Positions 1-12,904 of a stretch of 64,000 nt of DNA are shown here, one piece after another. Source of the stretch: Coniocarpon cinnabarinum. Its lineage: Eukaryota. The notes under the pieces were generated by a model. That model had not been told where the DNA came from, ran no database searches, and saw nothing but the letters and a program-made list of their open reading frames with translations. The stretch is taken from NCBI GenBank assembly GCA_051942205.1, contig JAVECO010000025.1, positions 1 through 64,000 on the forward strand, in the 5' to 3' direction. Numbering within the stretch: the first letter of the stretch is position 1; each line of letters begins with the position of its first letter. The position numbers were made by a program, and so were the translations under genes.

Positions 1-148
1 GGTTGGGGGTGGGATCGGTGAAGTCGATGGCACTGGTCAGGGTCGACGTGCACGTGGTCGGCAGTCCGTCGTGGGCGAGCCTGGCCGACACGTCGATGTC
101 TTCATCGTCGAGTAAGGCGTTGCGTCGCTGCTGGGCGCAGAGAAGCAT
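1..148 (-). CDS. possible 5' part of a gene running off the window start
   Basis: ATG at 148 opens a frame (MLLCAQQRRNALLDDEDIDVSARLAHDGLPTT...) with no stop before the window edge; no recognisable homology. Confidence 0.25.
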   Translation of the reverse strand, partial: MLLCAQQRRNALLDDEDIDVSARLAHDGLPTTCTSTLTSAIDFTDPTPN

Positions 149-1019
149 GGAACAGAGTACAAGCAGAATGGGAGTGTGGAGCGATGAGCGCTTGCGGTGG
201 CCCTTGCTCTCCATCGACGCCTGGCACTTAGATGGGGGAGAGGATTCCCGTCGGTACTTGGTAGGGCTGAGCCGGGGGCAGGGTGAGGAGCGCAGGCAAA
301 GCACGGACCTCGCCTCGGACCAAACACTAGCCGCGAAGCGCTCTAGCGGCAGGCGCCAAGTCACGTCTCTCCGGCTGCGCTCGCCAGAAGAAGTCGAGGG
401 TGCGCGAGAGAGAGGTGCCTCAACCAGGTGACACCCCCGCCCACACACCCTCTCCCTCCGCTCCTCCCACGCCCTCACGCACACACCTCTCCAGACACCG
501 TCCACCACTCACCACTCCTCCGCTCACTAACTCACCTGTAACCCAAACCTCCTCGACCACTCCTCCCCTTCTCATCCTCTCCCCATCACCTTGCTCTGCT
601 CGTTTCATCCCATCCCTGTTTCCCAATCTGCCTACGCCGGCGCCACACCTCTCGCCTCCGCCGTCATCGCCTCTCTTCTCGGCCTCTCCTCCTCGACTTC
701 CTCGCCCGCTTCATTGTCCTCCACCTCCCTTTCTCCTGCGCCGCGACTCAATCCATCCGACCACTGACCGGCCTGAAAAAAAAAGCCTTCCTCCTGCGTC
801 CTCACCCGGCTCCTGTCGCCCTCTGCTGCTGCTGCTGGAGGCGCCTTCCTTGCCTTGACGCCGCCTTCCGCCGCGCCCTCTGTCTCGGCTTTTCCCCTCC
901 TGTGCCGTCCATGACCCTTGGGGCTTCCATCTCGACTTTACGGCGCTGCAGGCAGCAGCCTCCATTCGGCGCTCCTCCTCGTCGCCTCTCCTAACGTGCC
1001 ACACGGGCGCGCCGACACA

Positions 1020-4000
1020 ATGATGCACGCGCATCTCAGTCGAACCCACACCGCTCCGGCGGGGCCACAGCACTCGCGGTTGCAAACCTCGACCAGCTCC
1101 ACGAGCATCCATCAGGCGAGCCACCACGATTCCGCCAATTCCACAAACTCGCGATCCTCAGATTCCACCCAGAATACATCCTCGTCCACCCTCTTTTCAA
1201 TCCCGCCGACTTCCTCGTCCATCTCCTCTGGCTCGACCATTGTCGTGGGCGGTTCCATCAATGGATCGGTGCTGCCGACCGACAATGTCATCAACCGGAC
1301 CGCCGACAAGAACGAGTCGCTGTTCCAGATATGCATGACGTTACGCGCCAGTCTGAGCGGCGTGCCAGGCTTTGAGGAACAGTGTATTGAAGTGGAGGAC
1401 CACCTCGGAGAAGACGCCAATGATCCGGTGCTCGTCCTGTGGAATGTCTTTAGGAAGGGCTATCCCCTCATGAGCATTTATAACCACTTGAGCCCGGACG
1501 AGCCCATCACTGTGGATGAAGACAAAATCCCCGAACGCAAGCGGTCGCAGATGGCTGCTTACAAATTCACTCAAGCCTGCATCAGGAATCTGAATTTTGC
1601 GCAGCAAGAATGTTACATGACGACCGACCTCAAAGGCTCGGAACGCGAAGTCAACATGTCTGGCTTTGTCAAGGTTTGTCTAACCAGGTTTTGACATGCG
1701 CATTAGCTTACAATGGAGAATAGGTGGTGAACCAGGTTCGCCAAGTCGTCGTCATCATGATCAGTAGAGGAATACTTCACGCGCCAGGCGATCTAGCCGA
1801 TTCGACTCCCGCCCCAAGGACCAAAATGAATTACCGTGATCACGTCATTGATGAGATGGTTCGCACGGAGCGAACTTATGTACAACATCTCGAATTACTG
1901 CAGGCGTTCGAACGACATGTTCTCCAGTCAGGTACCGTGTCTGGGGATGTCGTCCATTCCATTTTTCTCAACCTCGACGACATTCTTGAGTTCCAGCGAC
2001 GCCTTCTCGTGCGGATGGAACAGACGAACAGCAAACCCGTCGATGAGCAAAACTGGGGAGCACTCTTCTTCTTTTTCTCGAGAGTCACAAACGACACTGA
2101 AAAGCCGAAGGACTTTCGCGTGTACGAGCCATTCATCGAAAATCAGAAGAATTGCGAAGAGACTACCATTAGAGAGTTTGATAAGCTACGAGCAGCAGGT
2201 GGCTCCATGGAACTTCAACAAATCGTGGAGTCACCCACGCATCTGACGGGTTTTTTGCTAAAACCTTTTCAGAGATTGTCCAAATACCCTCTGCTGTTGA
2301 GAGATCTGAGGGACAAGGGCGGACTACCACCGGAGGACGAACGTAACACGGCGCTGACGAGGGCCATTGAAGCAGTGAACGGCGTCCTGCAGCGCACCAA
2401 TGCGGTCTTGGATCGGAAACAACGCGAGGAGGCGGTGAAGGACTTGAAAGGGCAAGTAGAAGATTGGAAACATCATCGAGTGGAGGCGTTTGGCGAGCTC
2501 TTGCTTTACGGCACACATACGGTGGTCAAGGGAGACCCAACGAAAGATAGCGAGCGCGAGGTGAGTTCCGTCCTCGCTGAACTGGGTTTCCATGATCGGG
2601 AACTGAAAACTTCTCAGTATCGCATGTATCTTTTCGAAAAGATCCTTCTCTGCTGCAAAGAAATCAACCCCAACAAGCCAAAGAACAAAGTCAAAAGCCC
2701 AACGCCATCATTGAAGAACGGCAAACCACGACTGCAACTCAAAGGCCGCATATTTATGCAAAATGTCACCGAGACGAAATATTCCAACAAACCCGGTCAA
2801 TACTCGTGCAAGATCTTTTGGCGAGGTGATGATTCGATTGAGAGCTTTCTGATTCGATTCACACATGAGGACGTCATGAAGAAATGGACAAGCCGCATCG
2901 AAGCCCAGAGACGCGTCTGCTGTGATCAAGCTCGCGTGCAACAAAGTGCTTCAGACACGACATTCAGCTTCCTCCAGGGCCAGCAGTTGACGAATCCGTA
3001 TCTCGAGCATGAAGATGAATTCGACACAGGCTACGACGGCTCGAACTCATCGACCCAATGGTCACGGAATGCATCAAGCAGCAGCCTGCAGTCCCGACAT
3101 CGATCAGGAACGGGGGGCAGTACCTATGGTCGAGGCGAGAGGCCCGCCATGCCTGCTAACAGCATACCAAAGGGTGGCTTGACAGTATCGACTCAAGCCC
3201 CGGGCATGATCAGTCCCGCTAACAGCGCGAACAAAAACGCCTCATACTTCTCTCCGGGTGGAGATTCACCAAATTCATCAAGAGCCAGCACAGCGTCTTC
3301 CATGTTGGGGTTTCCCCGTCAGCCGGTTCCCCCCTCGTGGCAGACCAACGACAATCGCTACACCGCTCCCGCGCGAGATCCGCAGGGTAACTACTACGAC
3401 GCTTACGGGTCGAAACTCTCTGGTCGTCATGCTCAAGAGCTCGCCATGATTAGGAATCGCTCGATGAGCACCAACTCTGACATGGCACGTCGCGCGAATC
3501 CCAACGCCCCACCGGTCCCCAGCGTGCCGCAGAATTTGCTGAATGGCGGCAACCAGCACGTCAATCGAAGCCAGACAAACTCGCCCATCACGCCTGACAC
3601 CTACTCGAAGCCCTCTGGCAACTACCCCCGCGACTTCTCAGATGACGAGTACCATCTCCACGGCACCCAGGGCGATCCTATGACTCCAGACCTGACGCCG
3701 CTGTCCCTCCACAGCTCCGGCGCTGTCTCTCCTCCGATAGGCTCTGCTACATCTTTGCAGCCGTCGCAACTGAAAGTCAAGGTCAAGGTTCCTAATGAGG
3801 GCAGCACCATGATGCTCGTGGTGAGCAATAACATCTCCTTTGACTCGCTCAAAGATCGCATCGAAGCCAAACTCCAGCGCATCAGTTCCCTCTCGCTTTC
3901 TGCTGGCACCGTCAAGCTCAAGTACCTCTTCGACGATGACTACGTCAGCATCGACAACGACGAAGACGTGCAAGTTGCGTTTGAGACCTGGCGAGAGAAG

Positions 4001-4066
4001 CAGCAGGGCACTGATGTCGGCGGCTTCGGAGAGGTGGAGTTGTTCTGTCACCCACCGACAAGGTGA
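1020..4066 (+). CDS. CDC24: Rho guanine nucleotide exchange factor Cdc24/Scd1 (CH-DH-PH-PB1)
   Basis: N-terminal CH-like segment (SLFQICMTLR...GYPLMSIYN), DH domain (EMVRTERTYVQHL...LLKPFQRLSKYPLLL), PH domain (YLFEKILLCCKE...LQLKGRIFM), C-terminal PB1 (LKVKVK...KYLFDDDYVSI). Introns 1674-1723 and 2561-2617. Start codon approximate. Confidence 0.93.
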
Positions 4067-5160
4067 GAATGACGCTTTGTGCGTGTGAATACTCGAGCTT
4101 TTTCATCGGATTTGCGTGCACCTTTTGTATGCATTGGCCACGTGCGACATCTAGGCATGGATATGGGGTATTTACTACAGGCTACAGTATGCCTGTCTGA
4201 GCTGTGCGAGGTTCATGTTATGTGGCAACGAGCCACCAGATCTTGGCATGCTCAAAGAACATAACGGCAGTAGTGATGATCGTTATGGAAGTGTGGGAGA
4301 GCATGAGAGCATGAGGGTACGAGTGAATGAGCGAGTGAGTGAACGACGAGGCTGAGGAGAGCGCTCAATCATGGAGGTGGGCCTCATCGAAGGATGTTAC
4401 GAGACGTGGAGCAAAGCGCTCACGTGAAGAATGACCGAATGCATGCATGCATGCGCAGAGACCGTGACGGCTGATCTTACATAGCTACCCACCTACCCCA
4501 AGGTGATGAAGACGAAGACGCAAGTTCGAGACACGAGATGCGAGATGAAGGATGCTCGACGGGAGATGATGTCGCTACTTAGCTTCAGATGGCACTGCTT
4601 TGTGATGTGATGAGTTATGAGCATATGATGAATGAATACAGATGTGGTGGTTTCCACGCTATCGGGAATTTGATTTGCTTGTTCATGTCCTCCTTCTCCC
4701 TGCTCGCCACGGTTTGCTGTTCTGATCGTGACCGTCTGCTGCCATGTGGTAGATGTCACGTATAGTGAGAGACGCTTGAGATCCCTGGAAAAGGTACTTG
4801 ATAAGCTCCATTCTCTAACTGTCAAACGGCAGGGTGCCAGAAACAGTGTGATGTGCAAGCAACTGGGGCATAATGGGTAGTCGAAGCATAGGAAAAGCTT
4901 GTTTGGACGTCCGACGCCACGAAGATGTAGAAAGTTAGAGATTCTGAAGAAGACGGATGCATCATGATTCACTACTAACACACTGTTTCATCGAAAGCAA
5001 AAGAGAATCGAGCCCCACCTCAATCCACCCACCATCACCCAGTTCCGCCACCAGTGAAAAACATACCCACGTTCGACATCCTCACATCCTCTTCGCGTAC
5101 GTCCTCCATCTAGCACCGCCCGAATGCGATGTCAGCGAGCTACATGGCTCATTAAGCCCA

Positions 5161-8100
5161 TCAAGCCCATCCCACCTTGTGATAATACTGCTCCGCCCTC
5201 TTCTCAACCTCACGCATCACTCCGCCCTGCTCCTCCCCGTCCCTCTCCACATCCTTTTCCGTATCAATGACCATCCCGTCCTCCTGCCTCCTCAACTCCT
5301 CGCCCACTTCCCCCACAATACGCTTCATCTCCCAGGCCGCAACCCGCTCCTCCAATCCCACGCCCTCACCCACACTCTCCAGTTTCTGCTGGAGTTCTTG
5401 AATCAGTCCCTGCAGTTCGCGGGATTCCGCGGCATTGTAATGAGCCCGTCCGCTCCGACGATGACGCTCCGTGCGTTCAATCAGCTGGACGTAGCGGGCA
5501 TACACGGCGCCCCCTAGGTATGAAGTCCACTCCGCCAGGGCAGCAGCCTCGTCGTTGTTTTCGAATTCCTGGAGGATGCTCTTCAGATCGCTAGGAACGT
5601 CTGACGTGCCACTGTCGGATGTGTTGGTAGTTGGTAGTAATGTCTCGGCGACGACAGCGCCGGGCGCGACGATACTGCGCAAGACGTCACACGCGTCGAT
5701 GACATCGCCGGCTCTGAGGAGAAAAAGACAGCGTGCTTTTTCATCGCGGAGGACAGTGCGAGCATGTGTCGCTTTGGCTTGCCAGAGCCAGGCATTGGGA
5801 ATCTGGAGCTGCGTGAGGGCCGCCCAAGTCGGTGCGTCGGAGTTTGAGCCCAGTGCGCTAGCGTGGGTGGTGAGGAGGGTAGTAATAGCGCTGTAGCGAG
5901 TGGCGGGGTGGGTGAGATGCAGCGCCACGAAGATGGCGGAGACGAGGTCGTTTGGAGATGAAGAGAGCTGCGCCAGGAACGTAGAGGTGATGCCGTCAAA
6001 GAGGTGTGTAACTTCATCAGCCATAATGTCCGAGGTTCCCACGGCGATGAGACCACGAGCGCGCAGTGTCTGACTTAGCAAAAACGACAATTGCGCGCTC
6101 AACGGGTTCCCAGCGACGTTCTCAGGCGCCAAAAGATCCGCTAGTTCTCTGACAGAGAGCCGCCCATTGCCAGAGTGCAACTTGTCATACAGTTTGAGAA
6201 GTGACCACAGCACATCCGTGCGACGATCAGGATCCGGGTCTTTCCAGCCATCGGCGTGGAAGCTCGGGCGTGGACGAACCTGCTCTTGATACGTATCGAG
6301 CTGGTGTTTGTAGATCGAAATGGCCGCTTCAATCGGCTCGTCACTCAAGGAGGCATACCACAGCCTCAACCCAAAACTCTGCCGCCAATTCAGGCCCAGA
6401 CGTGCAGAGATATTGAAGTTCTCAGCTTTGTTTTCGGGGCCGGCGCCCATTTTGCCGTCAGCCGTGCAGGCGTTGCCGGCAAGAAGTTCGTACAAAGCCC
6501 GAATGCGATGTGGGATTTCGCTCAAGACGTTCGTGTCTCGCCAGTGGTCAATCTGATCTCTAATCGTTGCTTTGAATTCATTGTCGGCGATCTCAATCTG
6601 AGCCATCATCATCGCAAGCTTGGGATTGCCGCCTGCCAGAAGTGTTTCCGTAGCGCCAGAGACGTCATTCGCGCTCAATTGAGCAAAGGCCTTTTCTTCG
6701 GCATTTTCTGCTCGCTCCGCATGCGAAAGGGCAGTCGGCGTGACGATGGACTTCCAGTACTGGCTGAGCAGAGTCTTGCGCGTGACGGACTCGTCTTCTG
6801 CGCCTTGAGACGAGTCCTGTGCATCGAAGAGGATCTGCAGAAGATCCCAAGTTTCTTTTTCGGAAGCGACTGCTGCATTGTCAGCTGACGCCATCGCGCT
6901 CGCGAAGTCCGCGAAGGAGAAATTGGAGGATGGCCGAGCATGTGGGATTGACGACGCGTCACTTGACGTCTCAACGAGCTGTCGATATCGTTCGAACGAA
7001 GATGTCTGTACGGCAGATGGAATGACTCGGGAAGGCGCCAAGTTTGTCTCGCTATTCTTGTGCAGATAACGCTTTGATTTCGTGCGTCGACTCTTTCCCA
7101 TGGGAAGTAGCAATTCCCCATCGGTCATCCACAGGAACTGAAAAGACTTTTCGGACGAGGTGGCAGACGGGCCGGGCTGGTCAGACGGCTGAGACATACG
7201 AGGGCGTTTCGCATCAGGCATCTGGAAAGAAAACATTTTAGCTTTTATTCAGTTAAATTCAGACTATGCTACTTAGATTTGCGTGATGAGTGCAGATTGG
7301 ATGGCGGAGGTGACGTGACGGGACCCAACAACACAGGTGGATTCAACTTCGTAGACGACTGTCAAGTTGTCTTGACAACAGTGCCATGCAATTTCGGGAT
7401 AGATCGTGCATAGATTGTGAAGGGGTCTTGTGCAGTTATTATGTAGGAAAGGGGAATCAAACCTGGTGTTTCATAGCTCCAGAAGCGTGCTTTCTGCCCT
7501 TTCCAGACTTCCCAAACAATGAGTTCATGATGTCGAAGCTGGTCACGAAGGGAGCTTCCTGGGCTTGAGGCTTGATTGGTGATACCGTCGCTGGACTGTA
7601 GCTGTGAAATGCCTGTCCTTGACGCTCTCGAAGTGCCTGACGGTCTTGTTTCTTGGGGCTCAACGTACGCTGAAGCTGCTCTGCCCATGTGTCACCTGCA
7701 ACATCAATGAGATTCTTTGCAGGACTGACAAGGCTCTGGCGGTTCCGCTGGGTCTTCTTCAGAATAGATCGCGGCATCAGCGATTGATGGTTATTGGTAG
7801 ATGGGCGAGAAGCACGGGCATCAGTAGGCCCATCAAGGTTGGATGGGATGTTACTAGCCATGGACTCATTCCCTTGCATCTGATGCTCAGAAAGACTCGG
7901 CTGTCGTGGTTTGGGGCTCTGCACAAACGGGTCATCAAGGCTTTGCATTGTGTCTGCCTCCTTGAGGCCTGATGTGAACTCGGCGTCGAAGGCCTCGAAT
8001 CCACCTGGCATCGATTTTCGGCTTCTGCGAAATGCGAAGGTGTCGTCCAGCCCTGAGCCTCGAGATGCATCTCCATTGCTAAGCGGCGAGTCTTCATCAT

Positions 8101-11100
8101 CAGCATCAGTTGGCAGCTGACTGTGGCTCATGGCGGAGTTTGCGAGAGAGTCAGGAGGGGCGCTCAAGACACTCGAGGATAGTGCCTCGGTTTCATAATC
8201 CAGCTGGTAGGTCGAGAAATGCTGGACACGGAAAGTCCAGGTGCCATTTGCTTTCTCGTAGCTCACAAATTGGGTATCCGGCACACGCTTCAACCTCTCA
8301 AGATGTCGGTCCAGCGCGGGGCCACTTTGGGCGAACACCTTCTCCCGACCTCGCTGTGAGCGGGGCCAGGAATTTTCCAACGATACAGTTGCTGGAACAT
8401 TGAGATCTTTGCCGGGGGGTGGTTTTGTTGACTCGTCACGATACACAGCCGCTGAACGCATTTCGAGACTGACAATGTGATCAAACAGCTTGTCAAGAGG
8501 TGTGCGCTGCAGATTGACTGTGCTGAACTCAATCTTTCCAATGCCATGACGCCCGACAGTGAGGCCAGTGATGGCTCTCAGCTCATCCCGAGAATAGCTT
8601 TTGAGATCCTCCATGGTGGGCAAGCTCCAGTATGTACCAGCAGGTTGGTCATCATGTTTAGCACGAGCCTCGCTCGCTCGCTTGCTGTGATCGGGTGAGT
8701 CGACAGGCGCGTCCCGAGGTGTAGCGTTTTGACTCTGATCAGGTGTTTGCCCATTGACTTGTTGCATTTCTTGTGCTGCAGTTTCACCGTTAGTGATTGC
8801 ACCTCTAGTTGATGCCCGAAGGTATCCGTTCCGCTCATCTTGCCCCAGATCGGATTCATGTCGACGGACCAACGCGGTGCTGGACTGATTATTGGCATCG
8901 GAAGTGGCTTCATTGTTGAAGCTCACAGTCTTGCGAAGCGGACTCTTGCCAGCATTGTCCAGCTCCTCGGAAAGAAAGCTGGTTCGAAGGTTGCGATCAA
9001 TGTGCAACCGCTTCATGCTGCCACGACCACTAGTTGGACGCAGGTTTGGAGAAAACGCATCGGGTCGGAAAAGGCCATCGTCGGCATTGCGCATGTTGCC
9101 AACAGACATGCTCTTGTTCAGAGTCCGGTTAGTGCTGCTGCCTAATAAGCTACCCGAATACGCGGGCGAAGAGTATGCACTGCTGGGGGTGCCATAAGCG
9201 GAGTACGAGAACCCGTAACTGGCGCCAGGTCGCTTTTGAGGTGTGATTAGACGCATAGAAGCTGATGGATTGATCTTCCATGCGGGTAGAGGTGCTGGCT
9301 TTCGCGCTTTCTGGCTACTACTCAATGGCGTGGCAATAGGCCCAACAGGCTTTTCAGGGGTCCCGAGATCAGCAAAGAGCTGCTCATGGCCATATGGATA
9401 TGCGTTCAACATGGACGCGCTGAGTTGCTGTGGTTGCTGCATAGGTTGGGGCTGTTGCTGCTGCTGTGAATTGCCAAACAAGCTTCCCCCGGCTTGAGGC
9501 TGAGTCTGATTTGTGTTACCAAAGAGGCTGTTGCCAGCTGCTGGCTGGCTCGTGTTGTTCTGACCGAAATTGGATCCAAAGGTAGAGCCTCCAAAGCCTT
9601 GGCCTGCGTTGTTGGCGTTGCCAAATAACCCACCAGGTTTCGACTGTCCAAAGAGACCTCCCGAATTTTGCTGCTGAGGCTGGGCTTGAGTGTTGCCAAA
9701 CAGACTGGAGCCAGTATTGGGCTGGTTGTTGCCTGTATTGCCAAAGGGGTTGTTTGCAGCCGGCTTGTTGCCGAAGAGACTGCTACCAGTGTTGGACTGA
9801 TTGGAGGCTTGGCCAAAGAGATTCGAGCCTTGTTGTTGGTTTTGAGTCGAGCCCCCAAACAAGGAAGTACTGGAGTTAGTGCCTCCTCCACCACCACCGC
9901 CAAATAATGACTTTCCGGTATTGCTATTATTGTTTGCATTGTTGCCAAAGCCAAAGCCTCCACTCTGATTTTGTGTGTTATTTTGCGGGTTCTGCCCGAA
10001 GCCGCCGCTGCCGCCTCCGCTACCGAATAAAGAATTCCCTGAATTGTTGGTATTATTGCCAAACGTCGACCCACTGGTGCCGAAGCCAGTCTTATTCTGA
10101 GTACCGAACCCTCCTCCAGCATTTGACGATCCGAAAAGACCGCCTCCTGTGTTGCTGGTGGTATTGTTGCTCGTTCCAAAGAGACCACCACTCGGCTGAC
10201 TGGATGTTGCTGTAGTCGATGCACCGAATAGTGACGGCTTGTTCTGCTGGCCGAACAGTCCGCCGGCTGTAGATCCAGAACCAAAACCTGAAGAATTCTG
10301 TTGATTGAATCCACTTGTGTTATTCTGGGTTGACCCAAAGGTGCTCGAGCCAAAGCCGTTCGACCCACCACCAAAGGCGTTGTTAGTGGTCGACGTACCA
10401 CCGAAACCCGATGATGTGCCAAAAGCCCCACCTTGACCATTCTGGTTACCATACTTGCGGCCTTGATCGTAATCTTGCATCCTCAACTCATCGAAGGACC
10501 AGCCTGAAAACGGCTGCTGAAAGCCTAAGCTGAAGAAGTTGGCTGTGGTGGTACCTTCTTTCTCCGAGTAGGGCGCAAAGTTTGGGACGGATCCCGTGCC
10601 TGGATTTTGCCCAGGGGCTTGATTAGCTCCGAAGCCACCACTGCCAAATCCGCCGGTGTTGCCAGAGAAGCCAGAAGAAGCATTGTTGGCATTGCCACCA
10701 CCAAACAGGCCCCCACCCGCAGTATTGTTGCTCGATGATCCAAAGCCTGATGATGTGTTATTGCTTGTGTTGCCGAAGAGACCACCGCTACCGCCGCCGC
10801 TGCCTGTGTTGGACGATCCAAATCCAGTGTTGGAGTTTGAACCGAAACCGCCACCACTGCCAAAACCACTGCCAGTGTTGTTATTGCTATTGTTTCCAAA
10901 TAGACTTTGGCCAGTGGTACTGCCGCTAGCGCCGAACGATGGTCGATTGTTGTTGCCACCGAATAAACTCGTGGAGTTGTTGTTGGTATTGGATCCGAAG
11001 CCTATTGATTGGTTAGCAGACAGTATAAGATGCTTCGTGATAGAGAACACGCATGAGCGCTCGTCGCAAATGCTTTCAAGTTGAATCTAAGGCATAGTAC

Positions 11101-11551
11101 ATGCACCAAAGTATCCAAGTGAATGAGGTTGCTCCGAGTCTTTGACGTACCACCGCTGTTGCTGCCAAAACCTGAATTTTGTGTGGTGGACCCAAAAAGA
11201 CCTCCACCTGTCCCAGTGTTTGAGCCAAAGCCGGCGTTGGTATTGTTTGAGGAGCCAAAGCCTGATCGGATAGGCATTGTGTCAGCAAGGGAAGCCGTAG
11301 TTGTAAGAGCAATGCGCTGAGGATGGTAATTGGCCCAGAAACAATCGGGCTCGGTACCAAAGCAACATCTGAGCGTATCTAAAGGAAGACTGAAGAATGG
11401 CGATGGGTGAAAGGTGAAGCTTACCTCCTGTATTTGAATTGGAGCCGAAACCACCTCCACCTGAGCCGAACAACCCGCCTGATTGATTAGTATTTGTGTT
11501 TGTGTTCGAACCGAAGCCTGAGCTCCCAAAACCTGAGCCGCCGAAAGACAT
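5161..11551 (-). CDS. NUP98: Nucleoporin Nup98-Nup96 precursor (FG repeats, GLEBS, autopeptidase, Nup96)
   Basis: Exons 11425-11551, 11151-11261, 7463-11001, 5161-7221. GLFG/SLFG repeats, GLEBS-like WSFDELRMQDY, autocleavage motif HFS (VQHFSTY, ~8213-8221), Nup96-like helical C-terminal part (ALYELLAGN, LNWRQSFGLRLWY). Equivalent to NUP145/nup189/sonB. Confidence 0.95.
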
Positions 11552-12214
11552 TTTCACGCTCTGGAAGTCGCGCGATACGCAGTCGGCGATAGATAGAGGT
11601 TTGTCGCGATTGTCAATCGCGTAATCAAAGGAGGAGTAGCAAGCAGCTTAGCTTGGTCGCAGCTCCATGTGAGACGAGTCAGAGTGAGTTGAAAGTTATC
11701 GTGCAAGAAGCTGGAGCAAAGCGAAAAAGCTGCGCAAGAATCATTAAATAGTTGCGAAGGAAGCGAAGAGTGGGAGAAGTGATGATTGCAATGCGTGTCA
11801 ATCGGACGCGCGAGGAGAGCTTGCAGTCAGGCGGAATTGGGCTAAGCACAAATAAGGAATAGTGGCCGGGAAGTCATCCACTCAGCGCTCAGAGGCACAG
11901 GAATATCGCTAGGCAGCACGGTCTGGACTGCCACGATTCAGCCTAATGACAGCCTGCTTACTAATGTCGACTTCGCGGACCGACCAGAGCAGCAATAACG
12001 TCAAGGTGATCTCGTAAGCGAATGTGATCGCTTTTTGTTGATCTGGCGTGACACGAAGTGACTTGAAATGTACGCTTGAAAGGCGCTGGCCTACGAGACA
12101 CCGAATGACTTGATATACGCCGCAGTCTTGGTCTTGGCCTTCATGCATTGGATTGAATTGCCTTGCTAAATCTTTTCCGGAGCTGCCAAATTCTTGAGCA
12201 ATGAACAACTCGAA

Positions 12215-12889
12215 ATGGCAGCACCAGGCACTATAAAATCACAGACCAGTCCCTCAGTTGCCGCAAACGAGCTTTCGCATGAGCGCTTTCACACAGGGCT
12301 GTTTGAGCCTGCCGTTTCTGCCATTGGATGGCACCAGCCTTATGACTTGCGTTTAGAAAGCCCCTCTACGATGTCGCGGTTGGATCTTGAGGTATGTCTG
12401 GATCTGGTGCGCTCGAGTCTATGCACCAACTACAAAGCTTCCACATGGGGCTGGTCCACAAAGAAGAAGCTAAGAGAGATGCAATTGGACGACATGCGCT
12501 ACCTGCTGCTTCGAAGTCGATTGGATTCCTGCGCTGCGGATGAGAAGGATATCAGCCCTCCAATTGTCGGCTTCTTATCCTTCATGTTGACTGTAGAAGA
12601 CGACATGGAAGTGGCTTATTGCTACGAGGTACATCTGCATCCAGAATTGCGTGGTCAAAGGGTAGGCGCAACTCTGATGGAGATCATGGAAGGCATTGGT
12701 CGTGCGGCTGGCATGTCAAAATCCATGCTGACTGTTTTTACCTCGAATGTGGATGCCTGTAAGTTTTATGAGCGGCTGGGTTACTCTTGGTATGATGAAG
12801 AACCGCCACCACTCAGGAGACGTCTGCGCTCGCGGACGACGAATGACTTCAAACCATCCTTTCTCATCCTGTCGAAAGATTTAGGCTGA
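12215..12889 (+). CDS. NAT4: GNAT N-alpha-acetyltransferase 40 (Nat4/NatD)
   Basis: YKASTWGWSTKKKLREM, GFLSFMLTVEDD, VAYCYEVHL...RGQRVG, MLTVFTSN..A..FYERLGY. Additional 5' exon(s) possible. Confidence 0.85.
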   Translation: MAAPGTIKSQTSPSVAANELSHERFHTGLFEPAVSAIGWHQPYDLRLESPSTMSRLDLEVCLDLVRSSLCTNYKASTWGWSTKKKLREMQLDDMRYLLLRSRLDSCAADEKDISPPIVGFLSFMLTVEDDMEVAYCYEVHLHPELRGQRVGATLMEIMEGIGRAAGMSKSMLTVFTSNVDACKFYERLGYSWYDEEPPPLRRRLRSRTTNDFKPSFLILSKDLG

Positions 12890-12904
12890 GTGCAGCCGTC
12901 ATGC

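Noticed and set aside
400..1019. Pro/Ser-rich ORFs 400-858 and the 918 extension
   Set aside because: C/T-rich promoter/5' UTR of CDC24; low-complexity translation artefact
4440..4453. (GCAT)n palindromic microsatellite
   Set aside because: Too short; common by chance
9400..11550. Repetitive G/N/S-rich sequence and long overlapping ORFs
   Set aside because: Explained by nucleoporin FG repeats; the alternative-frame ORFs are shadows
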